DNA of 64,000 nucleotides from Spirochaetaceae bacterium (GTDB lineage Bacteria; Spirochaetota; Spirochaetia; DSM-2461). This document shows positions 45,441 to 56,120 of this stretch, in pieces. The notes under the pieces are model-generated. The model ran no database searches. It was given only the letters and a program-made list of their open reading frames with translations, and was not told where the DNA came from. Location of the stretch: the NCBI GenBank assembly GCA_965224705.1, contig OZ245056.1, forward strand, positions 1-64,000. The letters are read 5' to 3'. The position numbers and the translations under genes are program-made. Each line of letters opens with the position of its first letter. Positions within the stretch are counted from its first letter, which is position 1.

Positions 45441-47585
45441 TTAGAAGGGCTTTGGCAACGAAATTTTCCAGCACCGATGACTGTGCGATTGCAGAACGAA
45501 ATCCGGATGCAGGGTTTCTCTGGTAATATCGACAACATGGTAATCTTTCCCTATTGAAGAATCCAATACGAACTTCCTCAAATTCACAGAAAAAAGAACC
45601 GACCCGGAAGGATTAAGGCGGGATGCGGCCAGCCTGATGATCTCAGAATGATGCCTTTGAACTGACCAGTCTTCCCGGCCGGCTCCAGTGGAGTACGAGG
45701 GAGGATCTATAAGTATCAAATCAAATTTGTCCAGAGGCCTCCTCAGCCAGGACAATGCATCAGAACAGACCAGCTTATGCCTGTCACCTGCAACCCTGTT
45801 AAGCTTAAGATTGTCATGGCACCAGTCAAGATAGGTGTTGGAAACATCGACACTGACTGTAGAAACAGCTCCTCCCAGGGCTGCCATGACGGTAAATGTA
45901 CCCGTATATGAGAATAGATTGAGGAATTTTCCATGCCCAATCGTCCTCCTGACAAGTTCTCTGGTTGGCCTGTGGTCAAGAAAAATGCCCGTATCCAGAT
46001 AATCAGTCAGATTGACAAAGAACCGTGCCTGATTCTCATTGACGATGATACGATTGCCTTTATTCCTATGGCTGGACCGTACACCTCTTCTCCAGGTCTT
46101 AAGAAAAATATCCGCATCGCTGCAGCCGGTAAGCTCTTTTAGAACACTCAGAAAGGTTTCCATACGCAGTTGGGACGTTTTCCCTGGAATTCCATCGGGT
46201 GCGGCAAACTCCTGAACATGAAACCAGCGATTCTCATAGCAATCCACGGCTATATTGTATTCAGGTATATTGGAATCCCATATTCTATAGCAGGTTATAC
46301 CGCTTTTATCAGCCCATTTCTTCAATGCCCCAATGCTTCGCTGCAGAGCTGTTCGCAGTGCAGCTTCTTTGGAGTCTATGACTGGTTTGCTGCGGACAGT
46401 GGTTTTCTTCTCTCTTTTTACGGGTATGGATTGTTTTTTCGAAGCAAATTTATCGTAAACACCCAGCACCAGATCCATGCCGCCGCTGACTGTCGGACAG
46501 TATTTACTGGGTTTCAGACAGCTTGAGGATGCTGTTTTCCGGTCCGGTGCCAGAAGTGCCAGATGCCAGTCCGTGTCCATGGTACGAAACAATTCTCCGA
46601 TAGACGCATAAATAGGTGATGGGTCCGAATTGTCACGATGCCCGTAAGGAGGGTCGGCACAGATGAGTCCATTTCTGGTGTTCGGCCAGAAATCTGGTCT
46701 TCCCTTTCTTACATCGTGGGTTTGCAGACGTATCAGAGATCCCAGTCCAGTACGCCGAAGATTGTTGCCGGAGACTCTGATGGCATGGGGATCAATATCG
46801 AAACCCATAATCATGGGCAGGTGTTCCAGGGCGTTGCCAAATTGGATCTGGGCTCTGGTCAATATGTTTCGCCACAATGCTTCATCGTGATTTTTGAAGT
46901 ATGAGAATCCCCAGTTTTTGCGATGGATGCCCGGAGCGGCATCAGCAGCAATCATGGCGGCTTCAGCGAGAAGAGTACCGCTGCCGCAGACCGGGTCAAC
47001 AAAAGAGCCGCCGTCATCAGCTATTTCCTTCCATTCGGCCATAGCCAGAATTGCTGCAGCGGTTGTTTCTCTCAGAGCTGTATCTGATTGTTCCAGACGA
47101 TATCCGCGCTCATGTAATGGGGGGCCGCTCCAGTTCAGATAGATGACAGCTTCATATCCATCCCAGCGGGCCTCGACACGTACATCAGGATTCCGTTTAT
47201 CGACAAAGGGCCTTGTGCCGCATTTCTTCACGAACCGATCGGCTATGGCATCTTTGAGTCTCAATACTGAGAATCGAGGATCATGCTGCCTGGGGACTCC
47301 GGTAACACGGCATGCAATACTGACTGAGGGCAGGAATTTCTCCTCCCAGGGGATGTCTGCGGCAATCCAATAGAGCTCATCGGCGGTTTTAGCCCTGCCC
47401 CTGCCCATCTCCAGCAGAAGACGTGATGCTGTCCGCAGGGACAGTGAGGATTCATAGGCAATCGGCAGGTCGGCATCAAATCCAACTCCATGGGAACCGG
47501 ACTGCAATCCTCCTGCTCTCAGTTCCCTCAACTCTCTGTACAGGTATTTTTCAGCTCCCGGAGGGCAGGGGGCAAAGAATCTCAA
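45441..47585 (-). CDS. rlmKL: Bifunctional 23S rRNA methyltransferase RlmKL
   Basis: THUMP region; LHERGYR, DPVCGSGT, DPPYG, DYLDTGIFLDHR, LNLFSYTG, DPPSY. Confidence 0.93.
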   Translation of the reverse strand: MRFFAPCPPGAEKYLYRELRELRAGGLQSGSHGVGFDADLPIAYESSLSLRTASRLLLEMGRGRAKTADELYWIAADIPWEEKFLPSVSIACRVTGVPRQHDPRFSVLRLKDAIADRFVKKCGTRPFVDKRNPDVRVEARWDGYEAVIYLNWSGPPLHERGYRLEQSDTALRETTAAAILAMAEWKEIADDGGSFVDPVCGSGTLLAEAAMIAADAAPGIHRKNWGFSYFKNHDEALWRNILTRAQIQFGNALEHLPMIMGFDIDPHAIRVSGNNLRRTGLGSLIRLQTHDVRKGRPDFWPNTRNGLICADPPYGHRDNSDPSPIYASIGELFRTMDTDWHLALLAPDRKTASSSCLKPSKYCPTVSGGMDLVLGVYDKFASKKQSIPVKREKKTTVRSKPVIDSKEAALRTALQRSIGALKKWADKSGITCYRIWDSNIPEYNIAVDCYENRWFHVQEFAAPDGIPGKTSQLRMETFLSVLKELTGCSDADIFLKTWRRGVRSSHRNKGNRIIVNENQARFFVNLTDYLDTGIFLDHRPTRELVRRTIGHGKFLNLFSYTGTFTVMAALGGAVSTVSVDVSNTYLDWCHDNLKLNRVAGDRHKLVCSDALSWLRRPLDKFDLILIDPPSYSTGAGREDWSVQRHHSEIIRLAASRLNPSGSVLFSVNLRKFVLDSSIGKDYHVVDITRETLHPDFVLQSHSHRCWKISLPKPF

Positions 47586-50500
47586 TCACTTCTCCAGATA
47601 GAATTCCACCCGTCTGTTACGCCATCTTTCTTCAACATCTCCGTGAGGTACGATTGGTTTGCTTCCTCCGATCCCAATTGCGGTAAGACGATTGGATATT
47701 ATTCCCCGATTTGATAATTCTCTGACAACAGTCTCAGCACGATTTTTTGACAATGGAACCAAAATACTGTCCTGTTCCCTCTTTGCGGCTGCTGGATTGT
47801 CCCACTTCAAACTGACAGCATGTCCCTCAACAATGATTCTGTATCGTCCATATTTCTTCATGATTTCCGCCAGTCTGTCGAGGACCTTAATATTCTTCCT
47901 TCCCTCATCTCCCGTGATAGTTAACCGGGGTGAGCTGGGCTGGAAGGTCATGTTATTTATACGAATCTTCAGCCTGTTCCCTTCCCGTACAACCAGAACA
48001 TCCACAGGAATAAATCCCTCGCTGCTGGCTGTATGACCCAGAATATCGGTGACTTCAAAGGTATATGGATAATCTTCGGCCGATTCGACCAATTCCCCCT
48101 TGCCGCTGCGGCCATCCCATATTATACGTTCCGAAGGTCTGCCGCGGCCGGAGAAACTTATGTAATTCCTTTTACGGGGATCCAGTATATTGAAACTCCA
48201 CTCGCTGATGCGTGAACTGTCTTCCACCAGAAAACCAATGACAACCTCATCGTCAACATTGTCATCATCAGGGCTGAATGGCTGTGGATTGATTGTAACT
48301 TCCAGATGAGGAGGAGAGCCATCCGATACAAAGGCCCGGGACTCAGCTCGAGGTTTTGTGCCCTTTGCATAGTGAACAGTGAGAACACCCTTGAAAACTC
48401 CCTCAACTGGTTTTCCCCGGGCATCAGTGCCGTCCCATTCAAATCGGCCCGGTACTGCATCCTCACCCGATTGGGAAACAATTGTCTGTTCTTCAGCGTC
48501 TTCAATAGAAAAGACCCATGAATCTATGCCTGCCGTGTTTGGAACAACGGATACAAAGGACTGAAATTTCTCCTCATCCGTTTCTCCGGCTTTGACGTAA
48601 CCTTCCTTTGCAGTGAGATATACCGGTGTCGGTTTCGTATCAATCTGTAAGTTTTCAATCCTTCGAGTGGTTTCATTACCCGCCCTGTCAGTTCCTGTTA
48701 TAACATAGCTGTAAACTCCATCAGGCAGAGAATTACCGGATACATCTGTTCCATCCCAATCAATTGATTTCAGGGAATCTGACCACAGCCAGGAACGGAC
48801 GGTTTCTCCTTTTTCATCACGGAGGTAGGCTTCAAATCTCTCTTCCTCTGAAGACTGCTGCAGGATTTCAAGCACATCCTTTTCCCCATCTCCATCCGGA
48901 CTGAACAGTGGGTCCCTGACAGACACCTCAATGAATGGCGACTCAGTATCAACAGTCAGACTGCCTGTACTTGCAGAAGCTGATGTACCTTTGACATAGT
49001 TGACTGTCAGGTTTCCTGTGTAGTCACCATCATCCACACGGGTTCCCGAACGGCTGCGGCCATTCCATATCTGTTGATCCGGTAATGCTCCTTCACCAGT
49101 CCAGTTCATGACTGTGTTGCCCCTGGAATCGACAATACTGAGATTCCAGCCTGCTACTGGTGAATCGTCCTGAGCCGAAAGGAAGAAGCTCACCTCATCC
49201 TTCTGGCCATTACCTGTTGGACCAAATACATCCAGAGAAGCCGTGAGGGATGCCTTAACGGATCGAGTATCCACTTTGACCGATACAGGAGAAGACTGAC
49301 CGGTATTACCGGCTTCATCCGTTGAAAATAGAACATAGGTGTATTCGCCATCGGCAACTAAACGGCCTGTTGAACTGCGTCCATCCCAGACCAGAGATGT
49401 ATCAGCCACTTCAATCCATGACCATTCGTTCACGATATCACCCTGGCTGTTTCGAATGGTTCCCTTCCATGTTTTCTCCGGCGAAGAATCCTGTTTAAAT
49501 GTAACACGATCTCTATGACTTCCTTCTTGAGGAGAAAACACGTTCCAATTGGCCCTGACACTTGCCTGGGGCGGAGTTCTATCGATTACAAACCCTGGTG
49601 AACTTGTCTCTGAGATGTAGCCGTTATCATACTCAAGTCTCAGACGTCCGAAGTACTCGCCTTCCTCTAAAGGCTGTCGGGCATTATTCATGCCATCCAG
49701 TCTGAGTTCTTCTGGAATTGGACTGGAGCCAGTCCTGGTCCATGAGCGGTCAGATTCACCGTTCACCCCGACAATGTCCACACTCCAGTCAACTATGCCT
49801 GAAATCAGAGAGACTTCAGGAGTCAGAGTCAGGGTGGAGAAGCGGCTTGCAGTTCCCGGAGAAAAAACTGCCCTATCTATGGATAAACCAATCTCCGGCC
49901 TTTTTGTGTCAATAATGATCCCTTCGATGGATCCCATTGTTGCATTACCGGCTTCATCGGTTGATTGCACGATATAACGGTAAACACCGTCCAGAATTGC
50001 AGAACCCTCATCACTCCTGCCATCCCAATCCAGAACTTCCGGAGAGGAGCCAGACCATGTCCAGGTTCTCACTGAATTCCCAGCAGCATCCTGGAATTCA
50101 GCTTCCCAGCGATACTCCTGGCTGCCCTCCTGTTGAACAGGAAAGGAATCCTTCAAACCATCTCCATCAGGCGAAAAGATCAGATCCAGACCTTCAACGA
50201 CTTGAAGTTTAAGTTCCGGAGCCGCTGTGTCCAGAACGATTGGAATTGATTCGGACAATGCTGAGTTATTATTGTCATCACTGAATTGAAGAGAAACTGC
50301 ATACTGCCCATCTGCAGCGGTGGTGCCGGCATCTGTAATACCATCCCATCTTAAAACCTCCGGCAGCGGAATGCCTGTTCTGGGGGCAATAAGTCTTGTC
50401 CAGAGATTCTGAACCGACTCATTCTCGGGTCTTTCTTCCTTATTCACAAATGTGCGGACAGGATTGCCCCCCGAATCAACAATCTGCCATTTATACGTGG

Positions 50501-51605
50501 TTATAAAACGTTCATCTTTCACCTTATATGGAAGAATGAGTTCATCCTGAACTCCATCATAGTTGGGGGAAACATACTGAATCTCGTCACTCTCCATGGT
50601 TATCACCGGAGGATTCGTATCCTTTACACCGAATGGAAGCATCACACCGCCGCCAAATCCCCATATTCCTGCATAAAGAGGTGATGCAGCAGCTTGAATA
50701 TCAAGTTCAGAAGTTTGAATCTTCCTCTCCTTGCCTGCTTTTCCAAGAGCAAAATTCAGACCAAATGTGACCGATGGAATGAGTGTATTCAATGAGCCGG
50801 AGATTGCATCCCGAATCGTCAGCGAAGAAGATACTGAAAATCTGGCTGACTGGCCCAAATAGAGGTCACCTGCGACACCTAACCAGAGATCGGTTACAGA
50901 GGGAAGACGCAGGTCGGTGCGCACGGCCAATCTTGTCTTCTCACCATTAAGAAGGTCTAATGCAAAACCGACGGCAGGCGTAATATTGCCCGGTATTGCA
51001 TTGAAATATCCCCGGGATGAACTGCCAAAACGGTAGCCTACACCTGTAATGCTTCCGCCCCAGGAGAAATTCTTCAATCCCCATATATCGTCTGGAATGT
51101 GCAGGAATCCAACATTCAAAGCGGCACCGCCTTGAATAGTACCGTCAAGTTGACCAAGATCTCCCACCAGGCCAATCCCGAACCATAAATCTGAGTAGAT
51201 GGCCTTGGAAAAGGCGGCACTGAGGTAGGCTGACGTACCCAGATCCATTTCAGTTTCTTCATAGGCCTTTGTATCCAGAAAACCCATCGTTGTGCTTATC
51301 ACACCACGACGGACAGGGATGGAAATTCCTATATTGGCAGAATGACCCATTCCCTTCACAGTATCCAACCCCTGAAGGTTGATGTAATTGAGATCCAGGA
51401 CTGTTCGCTGAAATCCCGCAGCGACCGCCGGGTTTAGAAGTATTCCATGCTGCGTTTCTGTCCGGGTAATATGGGCCCCACCACCAAGGTAGAATGGGGA
51501 TAGTAAACGGTACCGAAGCTCACCAGCTGATGGAGGCGGTGATTGACCGGCAGCCAATACTGAGAATACTACTGTGATAACGAGAAATAAAGTTATGTGT
51601 TTCAT
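47586..51605 (-). CDS. Large exported protein: beta-rich N-terminal domain, about 8 FlgD-like Ig repeats, C-terminal OmpA domain
   Basis: Repeated FSPxxDGxxD...WDG...DGxY; C-term IIVEGHA, LSKNRAETV, NRRVEF. Confidence 0.85.
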   Translation of the reverse strand: MKHITLFLVITVVFSVLAAGQSPPPSAGELRYRLLSPFYLGGGAHITRTETQHGILLNPAVAAGFQRTVLDLNYINLQGLDTVKGMGHSANIGISIPVRRGVISTTMGFLDTKAYEETEMDLGTSAYLSAAFSKAIYSDLWFGIGLVGDLGQLDGTIQGGAALNVGFLHIPDDIWGLKNFSWGGSITGVGYRFGSSSRGYFNAIPGNITPAVGFALDLLNGEKTRLAVRTDLRLPSVTDLWLGVAGDLYLGQSARFSVSSSLTIRDAISGSLNTLIPSVTFGLNFALGKAGKERKIQTSELDIQAAASPLYAGIWGFGGGVMLPFGVKDTNPPVITMESDEIQYVSPNYDGVQDELILPYKVKDERFITTYKWQIVDSGGNPVRTFVNKEERPENESVQNLWTRLIAPRTGIPLPEVLRWDGITDAGTTAADGQYAVSLQFSDDNNNSALSESIPIVLDTAAPELKLQVVEGLDLIFSPDGDGLKDSFPVQQEGSQEYRWEAEFQDAAGNSVRTWTWSGSSPEVLDWDGRSDEGSAILDGVYRYIVQSTDEAGNATMGSIEGIIIDTKRPEIGLSIDRAVFSPGTASRFSTLTLTPEVSLISGIVDWSVDIVGVNGESDRSWTRTGSSPIPEELRLDGMNNARQPLEEGEYFGRLRLEYDNGYISETSSPGFVIDRTPPQASVRANWNVFSPQEGSHRDRVTFKQDSSPEKTWKGTIRNSQGDIVNEWSWIEVADTSLVWDGRSSTGRLVADGEYTYVLFSTDEAGNTGQSSPVSVKVDTRSVKASLTASLDVFGPTGNGQKDEVSFFLSAQDDSPVAGWNLSIVDSRGNTVMNWTGEGALPDQQIWNGRSRSGTRVDDGDYTGNLTVNYVKGTSASASTGSLTVDTESPFIEVSVRDPLFSPDGDGEKDVLEILQQSSEEERFEAYLRDEKGETVRSWLWSDSLKSIDWDGTDVSGNSLPDGVYSYVITGTDRAGNETTRRIENLQIDTKPTPVYLTAKEGYVKAGETDEEKFQSFVSVVPNTAGIDSWVFSIEDAEEQTIVSQSGEDAVPGRFEWDGTDARGKPVEGVFKGVLTVHYAKGTKPRAESRAFVSDGSPPHLEVTINPQPFSPDDDNVDDEVVIGFLVEDSSRISEWSFNILDPRKRNYISFSGRGRPSERIIWDGRSGKGELVESAEDYPYTFEVTDILGHTASSEGFIPVDVLVVREGNRLKIRINNMTFQPSSPRLTITGDEGRKNIKVLDRLAEIMKKYGRYRIIVEGHAVSLKWDNPAAAKREQDSILVPLSKNRAETVVRELSNRGIISNRLTAIGIGGSKPIVPHGDVEERWRNRRVEFYLEK

Positions 51606-51629
51606 ATAATTATCCTCAAAGGAAGGGGA

Positions 51630-52082
51630 TTACAGTTTCAATACGTGCTTGATTGACTCAAGGTTTAATCGAAATGAAGAACCTCGGCCTTCCAAGAATC
51701 CATGAACTTCCAGCAGATGAATTGAAAGATCTGTGTAGAATACTTTTTCTCCAGTATCCTTACGTTCAATAGTGACATTTATCTTCCTGGAAATTGAATC
51801 TTCCCAGGGGCAGGCAAGATGTCCCCTTGCCTCATCAGTCTTAACCAGCCATTCTTCTTCAACTGTTATTGGTTCTCCCAATCCCTTCCGTCCTTCTTCC
51901 ATGAAGTGTTGAAGTTTTTTACTGATCTCCACTCTGTCCAGTCCCAGCCGCTGCAGAATCTGTGCATCCTCATCAATGATGGTGGAAAGGTTCCGCTTAT
52001 CGGGGCCAAGAAAGCCTTCCGCTGTGATCACACCTGCCGCCATGTTGGATTGGGCCTTGATCAATTCCTGTGTCATTTTCAT
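51630..52082 (-). CDS. Hypothetical protein at the end of the nqr-like operon
   Basis: 150 aa, 11 bp after nqrF; RGHLACPW and HLLEVHGF motifs. Confidence 0.7.
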   Translation of the reverse strand: MKMTQELIKAQSNMAAGVITAEGFLGPDKRNLSTIIDEDAQILQRLGLDRVEISKKLQHFMEEGRKGLGEPITVEEEWLVKTDEARGHLACPWEDSISRKINVTIERKDTGEKVFYTDLSIHLLEVHGFLEGRGSSFRLNLESIKHVLKL

Positions 52083-52093
52083 ATTTGCCCCCC

Positions 52094-53209
52094 CTATGCA
52101 AACTTATCATAGTATATATTGTCCTGGATGATACCATTATCATTCATTACTCGATTACAGGCATCAATCATACCAGGGCTGCCGCAAAGATAGCCCTCCA
52201 GTTTCTTTCCTTCTGAATCTATATGATCTTTGAGATAGGTATCAAGAACTTCCGTGATCAGGCCTGTTGGACCATCCCAGCCATCCCCCTCTTCCGGTTC
52301 AGAGAGGGCCGGAACAAAGTGATAATTTGGGAGTTTACTTTCCAGTTCCTTCATCTCATCAAGATAGAACATATCTCTGGTTGTTCTGGCTCCAAAGAAA
52401 TACCAGACTTCACGATTTGTCTCTCCTTTTTCAACCATATCGTACAGCATGGATTTAAAAGGAGCCATACCGGATCCTCCGGCAATGCAAAGCATGACAG
52501 AATCTCCTTCTGTACGTTTGAAGTCACCAAATGGACCGACGAGCTGCATTCCCTGCCCTTCCTGGAGGAACTCATGAACATAGGTCGTGGCAATTCCGCC
52601 AGGTACCAGCCGGACAAGAACTTCAATTTTAGTAGTGGTGGAGGGACAGGATGACATGGAATACGCCCGTTGAGTGGTTCCTTTTATTTTATTGTAGGGA
52701 GGAATGACCAACTGAACATATTTGCCGGATTCAAATTCCACTGTTTCGCCGTTCAAGTCAAAAAGGACTTCCTTTATATCATAGGTAACATCTTTGATTG
52801 AAAGCACCGTGGCATCAAACTGTTTGACATTGAATAAATCCTCATCGATTTCAATGCCCATGTTGTCCTTTACCTTGATTTGACAGGCCAGTCGAACGTT
52901 CTCTTTCTGTTCTTCAAGCGTAAGATATGGTGTTTCAGTAGGCAGATACGGGCCAATATCTGTTACAACCCTGCATTTACAGGCCCCGCAGCTTCCCCTG
53001 CCCCCGCAGGCTGAGGGCAGATAGAGTCCTTCGGCAGAAAGTGTGATTAGAAGCGGGGCACCGCCCTTGACCGTCATATCCTTCCTGCCGCCGTTGATAT
53101 CAATATTGACATCGCCGTAATTGTTTGCAACCAGATCAACAACTGTAATGAGGGCGGCCATGACACCGGCAATAGCGCCAATAGCCAGGGGTGCAATTAA
53201 ATAGCTCAT
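52094..53209 (-). CDS. nqrF: NqrF-like 2Fe-2S/FAD/NAD oxidoreductase subunit
   Basis: SACGGRGSCGAC, RLACQ, RAYSM, GPFGDF, AGGSGMAP, YLCGSP, YYDKF. Confidence 0.88.
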   Translation of the reverse strand: MSYLIAPLAIGAIAGVMAALITVVDLVANNYGDVNIDINGGRKDMTVKGGAPLLITLSAEGLYLPSACGGRGSCGACKCRVVTDIGPYLPTETPYLTLEEQKENVRLACQIKVKDNMGIEIDEDLFNVKQFDATVLSIKDVTYDIKEVLFDLNGETVEFESGKYVQLVIPPYNKIKGTTQRAYSMSSCPSTTTKIEVLVRLVPGGIATTYVHEFLQEGQGMQLVGPFGDFKRTEGDSVMLCIAGGSGMAPFKSMLYDMVEKGETNREVWYFFGARTTRDMFYLDEMKELESKLPNYHFVPALSEPEEGDGWDGPTGLITEVLDTYLKDHIDSEGKKLEGYLCGSPGMIDACNRVMNDNGIIQDNIYYDKFA

Positions 53210-53218
53210 AAGTCCTCC

Positions 53219-53812
53219 CTATTGTACGTTAAGCATTCCGCTGAAACCAACAAAAGCCAGAGCCATGAATCCGATAGTGATCAGTGTCAGACCCGGGCCC
53301 ACCAAACCGGATGGAACCGGAGCCCGGGCCACCTTTTTCTGAATGGCCGCCAGGGCCAGTATGGCCAGCCACCACCCCAAACCGGAACCCAGTCCGAATG
53401 TAAGGGTTTGCAGAAAATCATAGTTCCGGATCTGCATGAACAAGGCCACTCCCAGTATAGCACAGTTCACTGTAATGAGGGGGAGAAATATACCCAGACT
53501 CATATATAATGCGGGACTTACCCTGTCTATAACCATCTCCAGCATCTGCACAGTGGCGGCAATGATCACTATGAATATTATGTAGCGGTACACCATGAGA
53601 TCCAGGGGGATCAGAATGTATTTCATGACGGTCCAGTTAATGGCAGCCGTAATGGTGAGGACCACTGTTACGGCCAGGCCCAGTCCGTTTGAAGATTTCA
53701 TGTCCTTGCTGATGGATATGAAGGAACACATCCCCAAGAAATTGCTAAGGAGAATATTGCCGGTAAAAACCGAAGCAAACAATATAACCAGAGGATTAAT
53801 CTGTGGAGCCAT
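53219..53812 (-). CDS. nqrE: NqrE/RnfA-family membrane subunit
   Basis: FLGMCSF, GIFLPLITVNCAILG. Confidence 0.85.
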   Translation of the reverse strand: MAPQINPLVILFASVFTGNILLSNFLGMCSFISISKDMKSSNGLGLAVTVVLTITAAINWTVMKYILIPLDLMVYRYIIFIVIIAATVQMLEMVIDRVSPALYMSLGIFLPLITVNCAILGVALFMQIRNYDFLQTLTFGLGSGLGWWLAILALAAIQKKVARAPVPSGLVGPGLTLITIGFMALAFVGFSGMLNVQ

Positions 53813-54420
53813 TACGCATTTTCCTTTTTAAGCATGATAGTTTTTGCAGCCCAGATGAGGCTTCCCAGGAGGAAGAAGGCACTTGGCGGCATTACCATAA
53901 TCGTCCAGGTGGTAAAACCCTCACCAAAAATTGGAAATCCAAGAAGGGATCCAGCTCCCAGAATCTCCCTGACAATGGCAATGATGATAAGAACGGCCAT
54001 GTATCCCACACCGCTTGTAATGCCATCCCAAAGGGCTTCCAGAGGAGGATTGGCCTGAGCAAAGGCCTCTGCCCGTCCCATGATTATACAATTAGTAATA
54101 ATGAGACCAACATAGGGGCCCAGGGCCTTGGAAATCTCAGGAAGGAAGGCTCTGATCACAATGTCAACAATTATAACGTAGAATGCGATGATGATTGTTT
54201 GAACAATCATACGCACTTTGCGGGGTATGAGGCTCTTCATCAGTGAAACCGTTGTGTTGGACAGTCCTGTAACAAAAATCACAGCCGCTGTCATGATCAA
54301 TGTGTTGGCCAGATTGTTGGTGACAGCCAGTGTGGAACAGATTCCCAGAATCTGGACAAAGATGGGATTATCCGTCCAGAGATTCTTCGTCAGAATAACA
54401 GCCGGGGTATCAGTACTCAT
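53812..54420 (-). CDS. nqrD: NqrD/RnfE-family membrane subunit
   Basis: LGICSTLAVT, VGLIITNCIIMGRAEAFA, PPSAFF. Confidence 0.87.
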   Translation of the reverse strand: MSTDTPAVILTKNLWTDNPIFVQILGICSTLAVTNNLANTLIMTAAVIFVTGLSNTTVSLMKSLIPRKVRMIVQTIIIAFYVIIVDIVIRAFLPEISKALGPYVGLIITNCIIMGRAEAFAQANPPLEALWDGITSGVGYMAVLIIIAIVREILGAGSLLGFPIFGEGFTTWTIMVMPPSAFFLLGSLIWAAKTIMLKKENA

Positions 54421-55013
54421 TATCGAGCCTCCCGAAGCTTGGCAATTTCATTATTAATGATGACCTCCATGGCGGCACTTGTAAGGGATGCACCTGTCAC
54501 TCCATCCACCACTGCATTGTCGGGATTAGAATCCGATCCTCCCTCACCCTTTCTGATTGAGATCCCATCGGACTGGATCTTCTCATGTCGAAACTGATCT
54601 TTGAACCAGTCCTCTTCAATACGCCCGCCAAGGCCGGGAGTTTCGGCATGACTCATGATGTCCAGACCAATGATTCGCTCAACAGAAGCATCAGAAGCCA
54701 GAACCCCGGTAACGGTTCCCCACAATCCCTGGCCGCTGAACTGCTTGATCAGAATCTCCTTTCCCTCGATGGAAGCCTTTATAACGGAATCACCATCAAC
54801 AGTACCAAAGAGACTGTTGAACGTACTCAATGTTTTTTCGTTGTCATCTTCAGTCAGACCAGCAGCACTCAGAAATGCCTGAGCTTTAACCAGTTCTCGA
54901 TTCTGAGCCACCCTGGCGGCAGTGGCATTGTCAGCCAGGGCGATAATAAAAACAAATATAAAGGCGACAAAGAAGGTGAATACAACGACGTAAAGAAAGG
55001 ATTCCTTGTTCAT
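54420..55013 (-). CDS. nqrC: NqrC/RnfG-family FMN-binding subunit
   Basis: GLWG, ETPGLG, DGVTGAS flavinylation motif; start ATG 55013 coupled to the upstream stop. Confidence 0.85.
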   Translation of the reverse strand: MNKESFLYVVVFTFFVAFIFVFIIALADNATAARVAQNRELVKAQAFLSAAGLTEDDNEKTLSTFNSLFGTVDGDSVIKASIEGKEILIKQFSGQGLWGTVTGVLASDASVERIIGLDIMSHAETPGLGGRIEEDWFKDQFRHEKIQSDGISIRKGEGGSDSNPDNAVVDGVTGASLTSAAMEVIINNEIAKLREAR

Positions 55014-55984
55014 GAAGCACCTCCTGATTCCCTGACAGGTTTCGACACTGTTTTTTTCTTCTTCACGGCGGCAGGGAACCACTCGTCCAGTAAGCTTGCA
55101 AAGGTGTTCCCAATAAGGAGTCCAAAACTCACCCCCTCGGGAAAGAGGGAGAAAATCCTGATTGCGGCCGATACGCCGCCGATCAAAAAGCCATAGGCCC
55201 ATTGGGAACCAGGATTCTTGGGTGCGGTTACAGGGTCGGTCACCATGAAAACTGCTATGTAAAGAAAACTCCCTGAAAAGATGGATTCTAGAGGTGGAAA
55301 GGGGTTTATACTCCCGGCAGGTTTAACGCCAATGGCCCACAGAGCCGTTGTAACAGCCACAAAACTCAGAAATGTGGAAATAATAATTTTCCAACTGGCT
55401 GTTTTGGTTGCTATAAGATAAACAGCCGCAGCAATGATCAGAATGGCAGCACTTTCGCCCAATGCTCCGATTCGAAAGCCAGTCACAAGGTCGATGAGAT
55501 CCGGTGTAAAGCCCTCCTTCAGATCCATCAACGGCGTCGCCGCTGTGGCCGTATCAATGGAGGTATCCAGACCAAAGTTCCACGCCATACCGGGTTTCCA
55601 GGGTTCAAGGAAACTGCGCTGCATGCCATTGGGAAAAGAAACATACACAAACAGCCGACCGGCAATGGCCGGGTTGAAAATATTCCGGCCGAATCCGCCA
55701 TAGATGTTCTTGGCAAAAATCACACCGAATACGATGCCCACAGCGGCTATCCACAATGGAACCGCCGGCGGCATTGACAGAGCGTACAGGGAACAGGTAA
55801 CGAGTACCGCTTCACTGACTTTTTTACCCCTGGGTTTGGTGAACACATATTCCGCTAAAATACCAAATACGAATACAACACACGTAATCGTTAAACTTCG
55901 CCACCCATACAGTAGAATGGAAAACATGAATATCGGAACAAGAGAGTATACAACTCTCCTCATCATCAATTGTTTCTGGAACAT
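55010..55984 (-). CDS. nqrB: NqrB/RnfD-family membrane subunit
   Basis: GGFGRNIFNPA, TAATPL, GALGES, MVTDPVTAP, PEGVSF. Confidence 0.85.
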   Translation of the reverse strand: MFQKQLMMRRVVYSLVPIFMFSILLYGWRSLTITCVVFVFGILAEYVFTKPRGKKVSEAVLVTCSLYALSMPPAVPLWIAAVGIVFGVIFAKNIYGGFGRNIFNPAIAGRLFVYVSFPNGMQRSFLEPWKPGMAWNFGLDTSIDTATAATPLMDLKEGFTPDLIDLVTGFRIGALGESAAILIIAAAVYLIATKTASWKIIISTFLSFVAVTTALWAIGVKPAGSINPFPPLESIFSGSFLYIAVFMVTDPVTAPKNPGSQWAYGFLIGGVSAAIRIFSLFPEGVSFGLLIGNTFASLLDEWFPAAVKKKKTVSKPVRESGGAS

Positions 55985-56120
55985 TCCTGCCCACCTCTAA
56001 TGCAAATTTCAATGTAAAGGACAAACACTTCATAAACTATCATCTATTTCGAAATATTTGCCTAGGGTCATGTTCAAGTTTAGGGAATTATTATAGTGTT
56101 GGCACTGTATATTATGGCCA

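Noticed and set aside
55014..55202. Extended NqrC N-terminus
   Set aside because: It overlaps nqrB in another frame; ATGA coupling identifies 55013 as the start
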